A stretch of DNA of 15,872 nucleotides from an uncultured archaeon (GCA_964631415.1 CAZVZC010000043.1:1-15872); one strand, 5' to 3'. Positions 8,229 through 15,872 are shown, counted from the stretch's first letter. Numbers and translations are program-made. Notes: generated by a model from the letters alone, not told the origin.

Positions 8229-10064
8229 TCATGTCTGTGTGGTCGATCCGCCCATGTTCTCGCCTTGCACTTCTGCATGGCGACCGCTATCGCGCCCATG
8301 CGTTTTCTTGCGGCCATATGCTGCAATGATAAACCATGTCAGTGGTGCCGCAAGGACCAAGATGGCCCCAACAATGGGCACAGACGTGTACGGACTCAGA
8401 TTGTACACTCCGATTGCAGTCAATAGTGCGGGGCCGGCGATGATGTATAGCGACAAAGGATCTGGCGAACCTCTGTTATCGGTTGTCATTGCAAGAACGG
8501 CGAGAACCAACGGAATCCACAGGGTGAGAGGTATGAGTGGTGTGACACCTGAAATCCAGGCGTCGTACAGCTCCGGAATACATCTTATCAATGCAGTTCC
8601 ACCTTCAGGAGTCCAGACCAAGGCTGATTGTAGGGCTGGGAAAAACAGGGCGCACTCAGAAACGGGCGCGTCACCCAGCCAATTATAGGAAACAGATGAG
8701 TAGAATGGTAGTGCCAAGCCCACAATGAACATGATGGTCGGTCCGTTCTGCAGCAATCGCTGTCTGGTTACTCCCTTGAAAGACGGCAACAACTCAACAA
8801 CAAGGGCCAGCAGGACAACTGCTGCTGCTATCAACAAGATCAGCGTTTTCGATTCGACTGCAACGTTCCCGACCTGTACGAATGACAGATCGGTCCTCAA
8901 GATTAAGTCATTGGAGGCGGAAGAATCGACATTGAGGCCGCCACTGCCATAAACCCAGCCCAAGTATTCAATCCTAAGGGTCACCGGGAAACGAGCATAC
9001 CTAGGAAAGTACAGGAAATCAGCAGTCATTGGGATTGGATCGAATCCGTAATACGCACCATCCTGGCCAAGACTAAGCTGACAGATTGGCAAATCGGCAG
9101 ACCACTCAAGATGCAGTTTCACATAGGGGAGCCTAAGAATCATACGGATACCCTCATCTTCGGTCACATTCGCCGAGATAGGTTGAGTATTCGTAATCAT
9201 GTGGTATGACGAACAACCCGCGACTCCCACGTAGTGTCCAACAGGCAAGAACAGGGTTTCGTTTGCTCTGGAAACCAAAACTGTGGCCCAGTTGGTACCA
9301 GAGTCAGCTCTCGTTATGTTAATTGATGGTATTCCGGATTGTAGATGCTTGAAGTAAGGATTGACAAAAAGGCCAATGCCGTCGGTACTCCTGACATCCA
9401 AGGACAACGGCTGTAGCTTAACCGAAGAAGAGACTTCGACTACAAAACCCTCTACTTTGATGCCAAGTATATCTGGAAGCACGCAATATCCGTTAATCAC
9501 CCAGCTGGCTGTCTGAGCCCGCACTTCGTCAAGAGGAAGTGAATAGCTTAGAACACGAGTTTCACCTGACGACAATAGAATTGACGGCATGTACGCGGGA
9601 CCGTATGAACCAGCAAACCCTCTGAGTTGAATGTACATACTCATGTTGACCCCATCTGTTACACCAGTAGCGGTCAAGTTGAATGTCAATCGCGTGACAT
9701 TATACAGTGCAATGCTGAAAGGAAAATACGAGCCGGAGGACGTATCGAATGGGGTAGAGTTCACGAGCACTGTTTGGAGTCTGCCCTCTAGAGCTGAAAC
9801 CTCCAACGAAACACCCGGGGTGCCCTCGATTGGTGAGCCATTCCGGATTGTCATGGTCACTCCGTATTCGGACCCCGTGGGAAACCCAAGAGGGAATGCA
9901 AAGAAACAGGCAAGCAGAACCGTAAGCGCTACTAGCCTTATCCTGCGACTAATCCTGATCTTGTATTTCCCCGGACTGATAGCTGAAGCCGCCTCTGCCT
10001 CAGGCACAGGATGCAGTCTACATGCATCAAGTAATCTTGACAGCATGTCCTTTCTTGTTTTCAT
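8229..10064 (-). CDS. Receptor-like membrane protein: short cytoplasmic N-terminus, one TM helix, about 330-aa beta-rich extracellular region, 5-6 C-terminal TM helices
   Basis: Hydrophobic helix RLVALTVLLACFFAFPLGF. Eight N-x-S/T sequons in the extracellular part (NGS, NST, NVT, NLT, NMS, NIT, NET, NVT). ATG 10064 overlaps the upstream TGA (ATGA); GTG 10070 is the alternative start. Confidence 0.8.
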   Translation of the reverse strand: MKTRKDMLSRLLDACRLHPVPEAEAASAISPGKYKIRISRRIRLVALTVLLACFFAFPLGFPTGSEYGVTMTIRNGSPIEGTPGVSLEVSALEGRLQTVLVNSTPFDTSSGSYFPFSIALYNVTRLTFNLTATGVTDGVNMSMYIQLRGFAGSYGPAYMPSILLSSGETRVLSYSLPLDEVRAQTASWVINGYCVLPDILGIKVEGFVVEVSSSVKLQPLSLDVRSTDGIGLFVNPYFKHLQSGIPSINITRADSGTNWATVLVSRANETLFLPVGHYVGVAGCSSYHMITNTQPISANVTEDEGIRMILRLPYVKLHLEWSADLPICQLSLGQDGAYYGFDPIPMTADFLYFPRYARFPVTLRIEYLGWVYGSGGLNVDSSASNDLILRTDLSFVQVGNVAVESKTLILLIAAAVVLLALVVELLPSFKGVTRQRLLQNGPTIMFIVGLALPFYSSVSYNWLGDAPVSECALFFPALQSALVWTPEGGTALIRCIPELYDAWISGVTPLIPLTLWIPLVLAVLAMTTDNRGSPDPLSLYIIAGPALLTAIGVYNLSPYTSVPIVGAILVLAAPLTWFIIAAYGRKKTHGRDSGRHAEVQGENMGGSTTQT

Positions 10065-10525
10065 TTCCACCCCAGCCGCTCCTTTATCTCTTCGAAGAGT
10101 GTAGCTGCAATGTCAGTTGGCTTCTTTCCCTCCGGAATCGACACACCCCATTCCACCGCCAGCTCCTTCAAGATGCTCTCACACTCGTTGTTCATTTCAC
10201 AGTGTGCGCAGTTTCCAGAGTGGCTGTACCACACCTGAACGCCAATCTTGGGAGAATAGGTGATGTAAGTGTCTGTCTTGTATGCAGCACAATAGCCCAA
10301 AGCGAAACCATGTGCCGGGCTCATCTGAGTCAGCCTAATTCTGTTGACATAGGCAGCGTTGGACAGGAGGTTCTCGATTCTCTGTTCGGCTATTCTCTGA
10401 GACTTGGTTATGAATGGAGCAGAAACATGAAGCTCCTTCGCAATGACAGATGGTCTGGTGTTTTGTCTCCTTTTCAACCAGATTAGATTCTGCTGCTTCG
10501 TAGGGTATCGAAACGCCCAGAGCAA
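10061..10525 (-). CDS. Putative transcription regulator: N-terminal HTH plus His/Cys metal-binding motif
   Basis: HTH-like segment IWLKRRQNTRPSVIAKELHVSAPFITKSQRIAEQRI. Motif QVWYSHSGNCAHCEMNNEC. TTG start at 10525 after GGAGACGAGG gives 154 aa; the longer start at 10669 would run through the promoter palindrome. Confidence 0.8.
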   Translation of the reverse strand: MLWAFRYPTKQQNLIWLKRRQNTRPSVIAKELHVSAPFITKSQRIAEQRIENLLSNAAYVNRIRLTQMSPAHGFALGYCAAYKTDTYITYSPKIGVQVWYSHSGNCAHCEMNNECESILKELAVEWGVSIPEGKKPTDIAATLFEEIKERLGWK

Positions 10526-10547
10526 CGCCCTCGTCTCCAGAAAGGGC

Positions 10548-10568
10548 CTTAACCCTTTTTGGGTTAAG
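10548..10568. promoter_or_regulatory. Perfect 8-bp inverted repeat CTTAACCC-TTTTT-GGGTTAAG, putative operator overlapping the BRE/TATA of the regulator gene
   Basis: Arms at 10548-10555 and 10561-10568. The minus strand reads AAAAAGGGTTAAGG, 23-35 nt upstream of the TTG at 10525. Confidence 0.7.
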
Positions 10569-10731
10569 TATCTACAGCTCCGCCTATAAGGTTTCCGAGA
10601 AACGCCTTCAGGTCCTGGGGCCCAACGGGAGCCAGAGAGTAGAAACCATGATTCAAGCCCGTAAGGCAAGTTTCACTATAATCTTAGCGACCAAGGCCAC
10701 CCGCCTCTGCTCAAGACACGGTCAGCAACAC

Positions 10732-12918
10732 TCAGTTCACAGCGTAGCTCTCCTGGACTGGAACGCTCACAATGCTGGTCGTGTGAAGACGCGTTACGTG
10801 GTACGGAGCAAAGGCAACACCACCGGCGTGGTAGAACTTGCTGAACCATTCTACAAAGTGGAGCCTAAGTGCGTGCATGAAGGCCAAGAGACCCTCGAGC
10901 ATTCCCACGATTATTGAACCCAATACCGCCCCAACCACAGGAAGATAGGCTGGAACCAGTGTCAATGCTCCGCCGGTCTCAGTCCACACCTCAGGAGGTA
11001 TAATCTCAACGCCAAGGATTGAGAGCTCGGGGAATGGAACGATGATGGTGGAGTTCAGAGAAATGAAGATGCCGCTAAGTATGATGTGTACTGTGTTGAG
11101 AGCGAAAATACGAGCATAGCTGACGGTATGGCTTATTGTACCTATGGCGTTCTCAAAGAATATGACAATGCCGTCCATTCCGCCCTTTGCAGATGAAACA
11201 GCCATCAGAATAAACGGTACGATGAATGTGAGCAGCGTGAAGACAAGTGGATTGACTGGAAGCATTGGGTAGACGCCATTGTTGCCTGTGCCATATCCGA
11301 TACCAGCAATCGGGATCCAGAGGTACACTGCTCCCGTAGTGCTGAACCACTGTCCCACTGTGCTGTAACTCACGCCAAAGACCAGATTGATGAAACCAAG
11401 GTACATCCAGACGTAGGACAGAGCCACCATGGCCTCACCGTATGACTTGTGTTTCAGCTTGTTGTAGAGATTGAGCAAGATTCCTAGAGTGATGTGGATA
11501 GCGCCAATCTCAATCGAAAGCTTCAGCATGTGTGCCGAGCGAAAGGGGTTGACCTCGCCTGTGGCCAGCCTGTGGGCGAAGAGCGGCCAAATCGGCTCGA
11601 TCACCGTTTCAGCTCCAAAGAAACTCCCAAAGAGCAGTCCTCCAAGCATAGCAAACAGGCCCATCATCATGAGACCGGAAGCACCTGTCTGCAGATATCC
11701 GAGGGTCGACCCCCAGTTCTGATGCTTTTTCTTTGCTCTCCATGCGATGAGACCTACCAATAGAATCAGAAAGCCCTGCCCGACATCTGCAAAGATGAAA
11801 CCGAATATCAGAGGGAATGATAGGAACATCAGCTTTGTCGGATCCAAGTCGTGCTTGGATGGCACACCGTATGCCGTGACAACACCCTCGGTTGTCTTCA
11901 TGAATGAGGGGTTGTCAAGGTAGGTAGGAGATTCCTCTTCGGCAAAGTCAGGGCGGTCGAACTTCACCTCGAGTGCCGAGCCCGCCCTCTCCTGCAGCAA
12001 GGTCTCGAAACGTTCCTCAGTCCCTTCGGGAATCCAGCCCCATACCTTCAGCGAGTGTTCCGTGTACGCAAAGTAGGACTTAATCTCTATACGACGACGC
12101 TCGATATCGAGGGTTTCCCAAGCGGCCATGACCTTGGGTCCCCACTCGCGAGCAACAGACTTCCTTCTGGTTTCCAGCTGCTTGAGCTCGGTTTCGAGTT
12201 CGACCATCTTCTCCTCCGCTGCACGCACTATGTCTTCCGGGAGCCCAGATGCCTTCTCGGGCACCTCAAATGGCTCGAATCCCAATGCTGAGAAGATGCG
12301 CAAGACTGCCGGCTTCTTGTCAGCTCCGACACTGACACTCGCCACTGATGTGTTCTTACGCACTGGAATCGACCTAAAAGCATAGGCACCTTCTGTGACC
12401 TCGTTCAGGCTCCACTCCAACTGGCTCACGCGATTTGCGGGCACGACGCCGGCTGTTATGAAGGTGTATTCAGTAGTGGTCAGTCTGCTGAGGTCGAGGC
12501 CTAGAGGAGCAAGTGAAACAGCAACATCTCTGATGCTTCTCTGCCGGTCCAGTTCAAGCCTGACAGTGGCAATGCTCTTCTCAATCTCGAGTGATTCAGG
12601 CTCCACCGACTTAATCACTGTGGCAACGTATTCCAACGAGTCCGAGAGACTTGTGTCATTGACATCGTCCATCATGCCTGAGTGATGCTGGACATCGAGC
12701 TTCAAGAACGAAACGAAACTGTTGCAGCGGTCCAGACCGGCGAACACAGCCTCCTCGTCCCTGGACCTTTTCAGTTCAGTCACACCGACCTGATGACGCA
12801 CGTCTATGAACTCGAAGAGACCGAACTCCTCCAGCGCCATTATCACTTGTCGTTCAAGGTCTCTGTGCGCCACCACCTTGGCAATCATCATCTTCGCAGG
12901 ACTCATTGTCAGATGCAT
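10732..12918 (-). CDS. atpI: A/V-type ATP synthase subunit I (a)
   Basis: Soluble coiled-coil N-terminal half, GWIP, PT-x-L-x-N-P, YGVP...LDPT, FADVGQG, essential Arg in HTVSYARIFAL, and LRLHFVEWFSKFY. ATG 12918 has GGTGA 8 nt upstream; 12927 and 12930 are alternatives. Confidence 0.96.
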   Translation of the reverse strand: MHLTMSPAKMMIAKVVAHRDLERQVIMALEEFGLFEFIDVRHQVGVTELKRSRDEEAVFAGLDRCNSFVSFLKLDVQHHSGMMDDVNDTSLSDSLEYVATVIKSVEPESLEIEKSIATVRLELDRQRSIRDVAVSLAPLGLDLSRLTTTEYTFITAGVVPANRVSQLEWSLNEVTEGAYAFRSIPVRKNTSVASVSVGADKKPAVLRIFSALGFEPFEVPEKASGLPEDIVRAAEEKMVELETELKQLETRRKSVAREWGPKVMAAWETLDIERRRIEIKSYFAYTEHSLKVWGWIPEGTEERFETLLQERAGSALEVKFDRPDFAEEESPTYLDNPSFMKTTEGVVTAYGVPSKHDLDPTKLMFLSFPLIFGFIFADVGQGFLILLVGLIAWRAKKKHQNWGSTLGYLQTGASGLMMMGLFAMLGGLLFGSFFGAETVIEPIWPLFAHRLATGEVNPFRSAHMLKLSIEIGAIHITLGILLNLYNKLKHKSYGEAMVALSYVWMYLGFINLVFGVSYSTVGQWFSTTGAVYLWIPIAGIGYGTGNNGVYPMLPVNPLVFTLLTFIVPFILMAVSSAKGGMDGIVIFFENAIGTISHTVSYARIFALNTVHIILSGIFISLNSTIIVPFPELSILGVEIIPPEVWTETGGALTLVPAYLPVVGAVLGSIIVGMLEGLLAFMHALRLHFVEWFSKFYHAGGVAFAPYHVTRLHTTSIVSVPVQESYAVN

Positions 12919-13011
12919 CTGTGGCATCACCGCAGGAAAGGAACTTGGGTCATGGAAACGCCGGGTCGTTGCTCTTTGGACGGACCGACTTACTGTCGCG
13001 CAGTTGCCGCT

Positions 13012-13019
13012 GATTTAAG
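13012..13019 (-). promoter_or_regulatory. Probable TATA box (CTTAAATC) for atpI
   Basis: The minus strand reads CCTTAAATCA, about 95 nt upstream of ATG 12918, implying a leader of about 70 nt. Confidence 0.4.
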
Positions 13020-13280
13020 GTTGGTGCTTCTGGGCCGAAACGCAGACGACAAAGAAAAGCTATGCAGAAGCAAACATAGCTGGGTGGGCGTGTGAAAGCT
13101 GTCCGAATCTCCAATAGTCTTGAACTCTCTCGAATACGAACTTAAATAGCACATGACTGACTCGATGTCTGAAGCGTAGCCGCACAGACCGTCCTCAAGA
13201 AGTACTACCCCCAATGCCATTCTTGGGAGGGCAAAGACTTCTGTGTGCAACTTTGCCCAACTAACAATGAATGGTCAACC

Positions 13281-13288
13281 TTTATCAG
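13281..13288 (+). promoter_or_regulatory. Probable TATA box (TTTATCAG) for atpH-atpE
   Basis: About 50 nt upstream of ATG 13337, with GGAG SD at 13324-13327. Confidence 0.4.
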
Positions 13289-13336
13289 GTGATTGCGTCG
13301 GGAAACCACAGCTTGTCACGGCCGGAGTGTTCCATC

Positions 13337-13657
13337 ATGTGCGCAGCCAATGATGCGATAGACATCATACATGAAGCAGAAGAGAAAGCGACTAAGAGGA
13401 TCCAAGAAGCTGGAATTGCTGTCAGACAGATGAAGGAACAGACTGAAGCAGAGGTCAAGCGGATTCTCCAAGAGGCTGAAAGTCAGACAAAGAAGACAGC
13501 TGCACTCTCCGGTTCAGACATTGCGAAACAGAAAGAAGAGATAGAACGCCGAAGTCTGAAAGACTTGGAGGCCGTCATCAACGGGATAGAGGAGTCTGCA
13601 CGTAACCATCGGACAGCTGCGATCCAAGTTGTTGCCAAGATACTGCTGGGGGAGTAG
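13337..13657 (+). CDS. atpH: A/V-type ATP synthase peripheral-stalk subunit H (G)
   Basis: 106-aa charged helical protein with N-terminal IDIIHEAEEKA pattern and C-terminal AIQVVAKILLGE. Directly upstream of subunit E. Confidence 0.82.
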   Translation: MCAANDAIDIIHEAEEKATKRIQEAGIAVRQMKEQTEAEVKRILQEAESQTKKTAALSGSDIAKQKEEIERRSLKDLEAVINGIEESARNHRTAAIQVVAKILLGE

Positions 13658-13661
13658 TGCA

Positions 13662-14285
13662 ATGACGGGAGTAGAGAGCATAGTCCAGATGATTGAGGCA
13701 AAGACGGCAGAAAAGATAGACCAGATGACCAAGGAAGCCGAGGAACAGAGAGAGATCCGGCTGAAGGACGCTAGACAGAAGGCGGCATCGGTTGCGGAAG
13801 ATATCAGGAGCAAGGCTGAGAAGGAACTGAAATCCGAACTGGCAAAGCACGAGGCAGGCATGAAGCTGAAAGCCAAGTATCTAGTCCTCGGAACGAAAGA
13901 GAAGGCCGTAAAGGATGTCTTGGAATCAGCAGGCAAGGTCGCGAAGAAGGAGATGGAAGGAAAGAAGTGCACCGATATCCTGACGAGATTCGCTGTCGAA
14001 GGTGGCACTGCACTCGGCTCTCAGAACCTCGAAATCGTTCTTCCAGAAAAGCAGAAAGTGACTGTTGACTATGCACAAGTTGCTGCTGCGATATCAAAGA
14101 ATATGGGTCAGAAGGTCACTGTGACAGTCGCCAAGGACACTGTCAGGGCATCGGGCGGCCTCATTGTCCGATCAAGCGATGGTTCGAAGTGTGTAGACAA
14201 CACGTTCGAGGCACGAATGGAGAGACTGACTAGCCGGATGAGGGACGAGGCCGCTAGGGTTCTCTTCCAGAAGGAGAGCGAGTAG
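13662..14285 (+). CDS. atpE: A/V-type ATP synthase subunit E
   Basis: MTGVESIVQMI N-terminal coiled coil and the signature GGLIVRSSDGSKCVDNTFEARM. ATG 13662 lies 4 nt after the atpH stop. Confidence 0.93.
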   Translation: MTGVESIVQMIEAKTAEKIDQMTKEAEEQREIRLKDARQKAASVAEDIRSKAEKELKSELAKHEAGMKLKAKYLVLGTKEKAVKDVLESAGKVAKKEMEGKKCTDILTRFAVEGGTALGSQNLEIVLPEKQKVTVDYAQVAAAISKNMGQKVTVTVAKDTVRASGGLIVRSSDGSKCVDNTFEARMERLTSRMRDEAARVLFQKESE

Positions 14286-14295
14286 AACTGGACCT

Positions 14296-14330
14296 GACGG
14301 AGGACTCTCCCGGAAGAGCACCTCCTAGTC
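14296..14330. terminator. Imperfect stem-loop between convergent atpE and atpK (possible bidirectional terminator or 3' stabiliser)
   Basis: GAC/GTC, GGAGG/CCTCC and CTCT/AGAG pairs around a CCCGGA loop. No oligo-T tract, so the function is uncertain. Confidence 0.35.
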
Positions 14331-14360
14331 GCGGCCTCTCACTCATGCTCCATCAAGGTT

Positions 14361-14762
14361 TCAGCCCGCGATTAGCTGAGGTATGTACCCGAGTAGTAGG
14401 AAGGCAATCACCAGTCCGTAGATTGCGATTGCCTCGATGAACACCACGTAGAGTATGCTCTTACCAAAGGTCTCAGGCTTCTCCGTGATAGCTCCAAGAG
14501 ATGCGGCAGCGGCTGTGCCCATGCCTAAAGCTGCACCAACGCCGGCGAGACCCACGGCAAGACCTGCACCAATCGCAATCCCGAGGATTGCCAAGCCACC
14601 TGCTTCAGTCTGTAGTGGCTCGAGTACTGGCGTCGGCGCTATGCTCAGAGCACTCAGGGCTGCAGAGCTAATCTGCAGAGCCAAGAATGAAGTCACCGTT
14701 GCAAGCAGGGCGAACCCTGCCATAAGCATAATGAAGCTAGTTGTATATCCGTAGATTGTCAC
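14361..14762 (-). CDS. atpK: A/V-type ATP synthase proteolipid subunit K (c), single hairpin with N-terminal hydrophobic extension
   Basis: GLAVGLAGVGAALGMG helix, EKPE loop, ion-binding Glu in FIEAIAIYG. GTG start with GGAGG 10 nt upstream. Confidence 0.95.
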   Translation of the reverse strand: MTIYGYTTSFIMLMAGFALLATVTSFLALQISSAALSALSIAPTPVLEPLQTEAGGLAILGIAIGAGLAVGLAGVGAALGMGTAAAASLGAITEKPETFGKSILYVVFIEAIAIYGLVIAFLLLGYIPQLIAG

Positions 14763-14778
14763 TGGGTTTTGTCCTCCG

Positions 14779-15843
14779 TCACCATATCGTAATCATGCGT
14801 CTTATTATATCGGCTGACTCGCCTCGTTCGATCCCCACCGCAATAGACCTTATGTTCCGTATCTCGTAGAACTTCAAGGTGAAGAAACCTAGCACGGTTC
14901 CTGAGTGAAACGGAAAGGCGCTCATAAGCAGTCGGACCTGCTGGGCCAAGTAGTCCTCAACCGCCAGCTCAACATCAGCGAGGTCTTGTGTTTCGTCATA
15001 AAGCCTTGCGAGCCGTCCTGCGAGCTGTCCATACTTTGTCTTCTCAAGCTGTGAGAGGACTTCTCGCCAAGATGGCTGAATCCGTATTGACTCTGTAAGC
15101 ATTTTCGACTTAGATGTGAATCGGATCAGAGACAAGTCGATAGTGCGGGAGTCTAGCTTGAGCACTAGGGCACGCAGCATTGTCAGGACGTTCCTGAGAA
15201 TCACTCTGGCTTCCAAGAAACCTATGACCCTTTGTCTGTCATCAGCCGACAGTCCTTTGAGAGCCTTTGCCACGGTTCTGAGGAACCACTCCTCAAGCGC
15301 TACTTCAAGCGGGGCCGTCGAGCCTAGGTCCTCGAAAGCGGGGAGTCTAGTGAGCAATGCCACCTTGATGTCCCTAAACGGTATGGCGTCAACGAACTTC
15401 TGGACCGAGCCTGTGTCTACGAGCTGGGAGAACAGATCCACCTGTGCAGGAGAGGTGGGAACTGAGAAACGCAGTATCTCATCTCGCTCGAGCCCAACGT
15501 GAAGCCCGCGCACTATTGATTTCAGACTCTCGGCGAGAAACATGCCCGTATAGGCCTGCGTGAATTCACTGACCCTGCCCGTCAGCGATCGCGCAATACT
15601 GTAGCTGACCTGAGCAAAGTCCTTTGAGAGAACGATTGCCAGCTCATCGGGCGCCGGTGTCTTCTGAGGGGACTCCTTGTTGATTATCGGTCCGTAGTGC
15701 GTGTTTGCGAGGAGCTTCATGAACTCCTCATAGCTGGTGGACTGCAAGAACCGTTCATAGTCGCCAACTGTCAGGAACCGGGACTTAATGGCCCGGACCC
15801 GGGAGTTGACAAAACCGTACTCGCTTGCAGCCTTTATGGCCAT
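14779..15843 (-). CDS. atpC: A/V-type ATP synthase subunit C (d/AC39 family)
   Basis: N-terminal YGFVNSRVRAIKSRFL and C-terminal EIRNIRSIAVG motifs. 354 aa, adjacent to atpK. Confidence 0.93.
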   Translation of the reverse strand: MAIKAASEYGFVNSRVRAIKSRFLTVGDYERFLQSTSYEEFMKLLANTHYGPIINKESPQKTPAPDELAIVLSKDFAQVSYSIARSLTGRVSEFTQAYTGMFLAESLKSIVRGLHVGLERDEILRFSVPTSPAQVDLFSQLVDTGSVQKFVDAIPFRDIKVALLTRLPAFEDLGSTAPLEVALEEWFLRTVAKALKGLSADDRQRVIGFLEARVILRNVLTMLRALVLKLDSRTIDLSLIRFTSKSKMLTESIRIQPSWREVLSQLEKTKYGQLAGRLARLYDETQDLADVELAVEDYLAQQVRLLMSAFPFHSGTVLGFFTLKFYEIRNIRSIAVGIERGESADIIRRMITIW

Positions 15844-15872
15844 TTGTCATGAACCGCCTTGTTCGACCCCAG

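Noticed and set aside
8229-10064. Horizontal acquisition of the membrane-protein gene suggested by some AT-richer stretches
   Set aside because: Spot checks of composition were inconsistent, and no integrase, transposase, tRNA or target-site duplication is visible.
10526-10669. Longer N-terminus (202 aa) of the regulator from the ORF track
   Set aside because: The extension crosses the palindrome/TATA region and looks non-coding. TTG 10525 has better promoter and SD context.
12990-13250. 86-aa minus-strand ORF in the atpI/atpH gap as a possible extra ATPase subunit
   Set aside because: TTG start without SD, no resemblance to subunit F or a TM subunit, and it overlaps likely promoter elements.
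15847-15872. Possible 3' end of an upstream minus-strand gene (..GVEQGGS-TGA, 3 nt before the atpC ATG)
   Set aside because: Only 26 nt are visible, too little to call, although another atp gene is plausible.
1-15872. CRISPR arrays, tRNA/rRNA genes, IS elements
   Set aside because: No regularly spaced repeats, cloverleaf or rRNA signatures, or transposase ORFs were seen.

Overview
Archaeal chromosomal window with TATA-box promoters, GGAGG/GGTGA ribosome-binding sites and GTG/TTG starts. Gene content and protein style suggest an Asgard (Thorarchaeia-like) genome; this taxonomic call is an inference. Left to right: two small membrane-protein genes, a small conserved archaeal ('cren protein'-like) gene, a stand-alone HerA/FtsK-family (DUF87-type) ATPase with a long C-terminal extension, trmI (tRNA m1A58 methyltransferase), an acidic-protein/coiled-coil-wHTH gene pair, a 780-aa TPR/alpha-solenoid protein, a two-gene module, and a fragmented A/V-type ATP synthase cluster (I <- | -> H, E | <- K, C). 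The best candidate for an undescribed system is the two-gene module at 8229-10568: an HTH protein with an H-x-G-x-C-xx-C-x5-C motif, preceded by a perfect 8-bp palindrome over its own promoter and coupled by an ATGA overlap to a receptor-like glycosylated membrane protein. This layout resembles a sigma/anti-sigma transmembrane signalling pair. Also notable are the split ATPase gene order and an 11-bp inverted repeat that brackets atpK.
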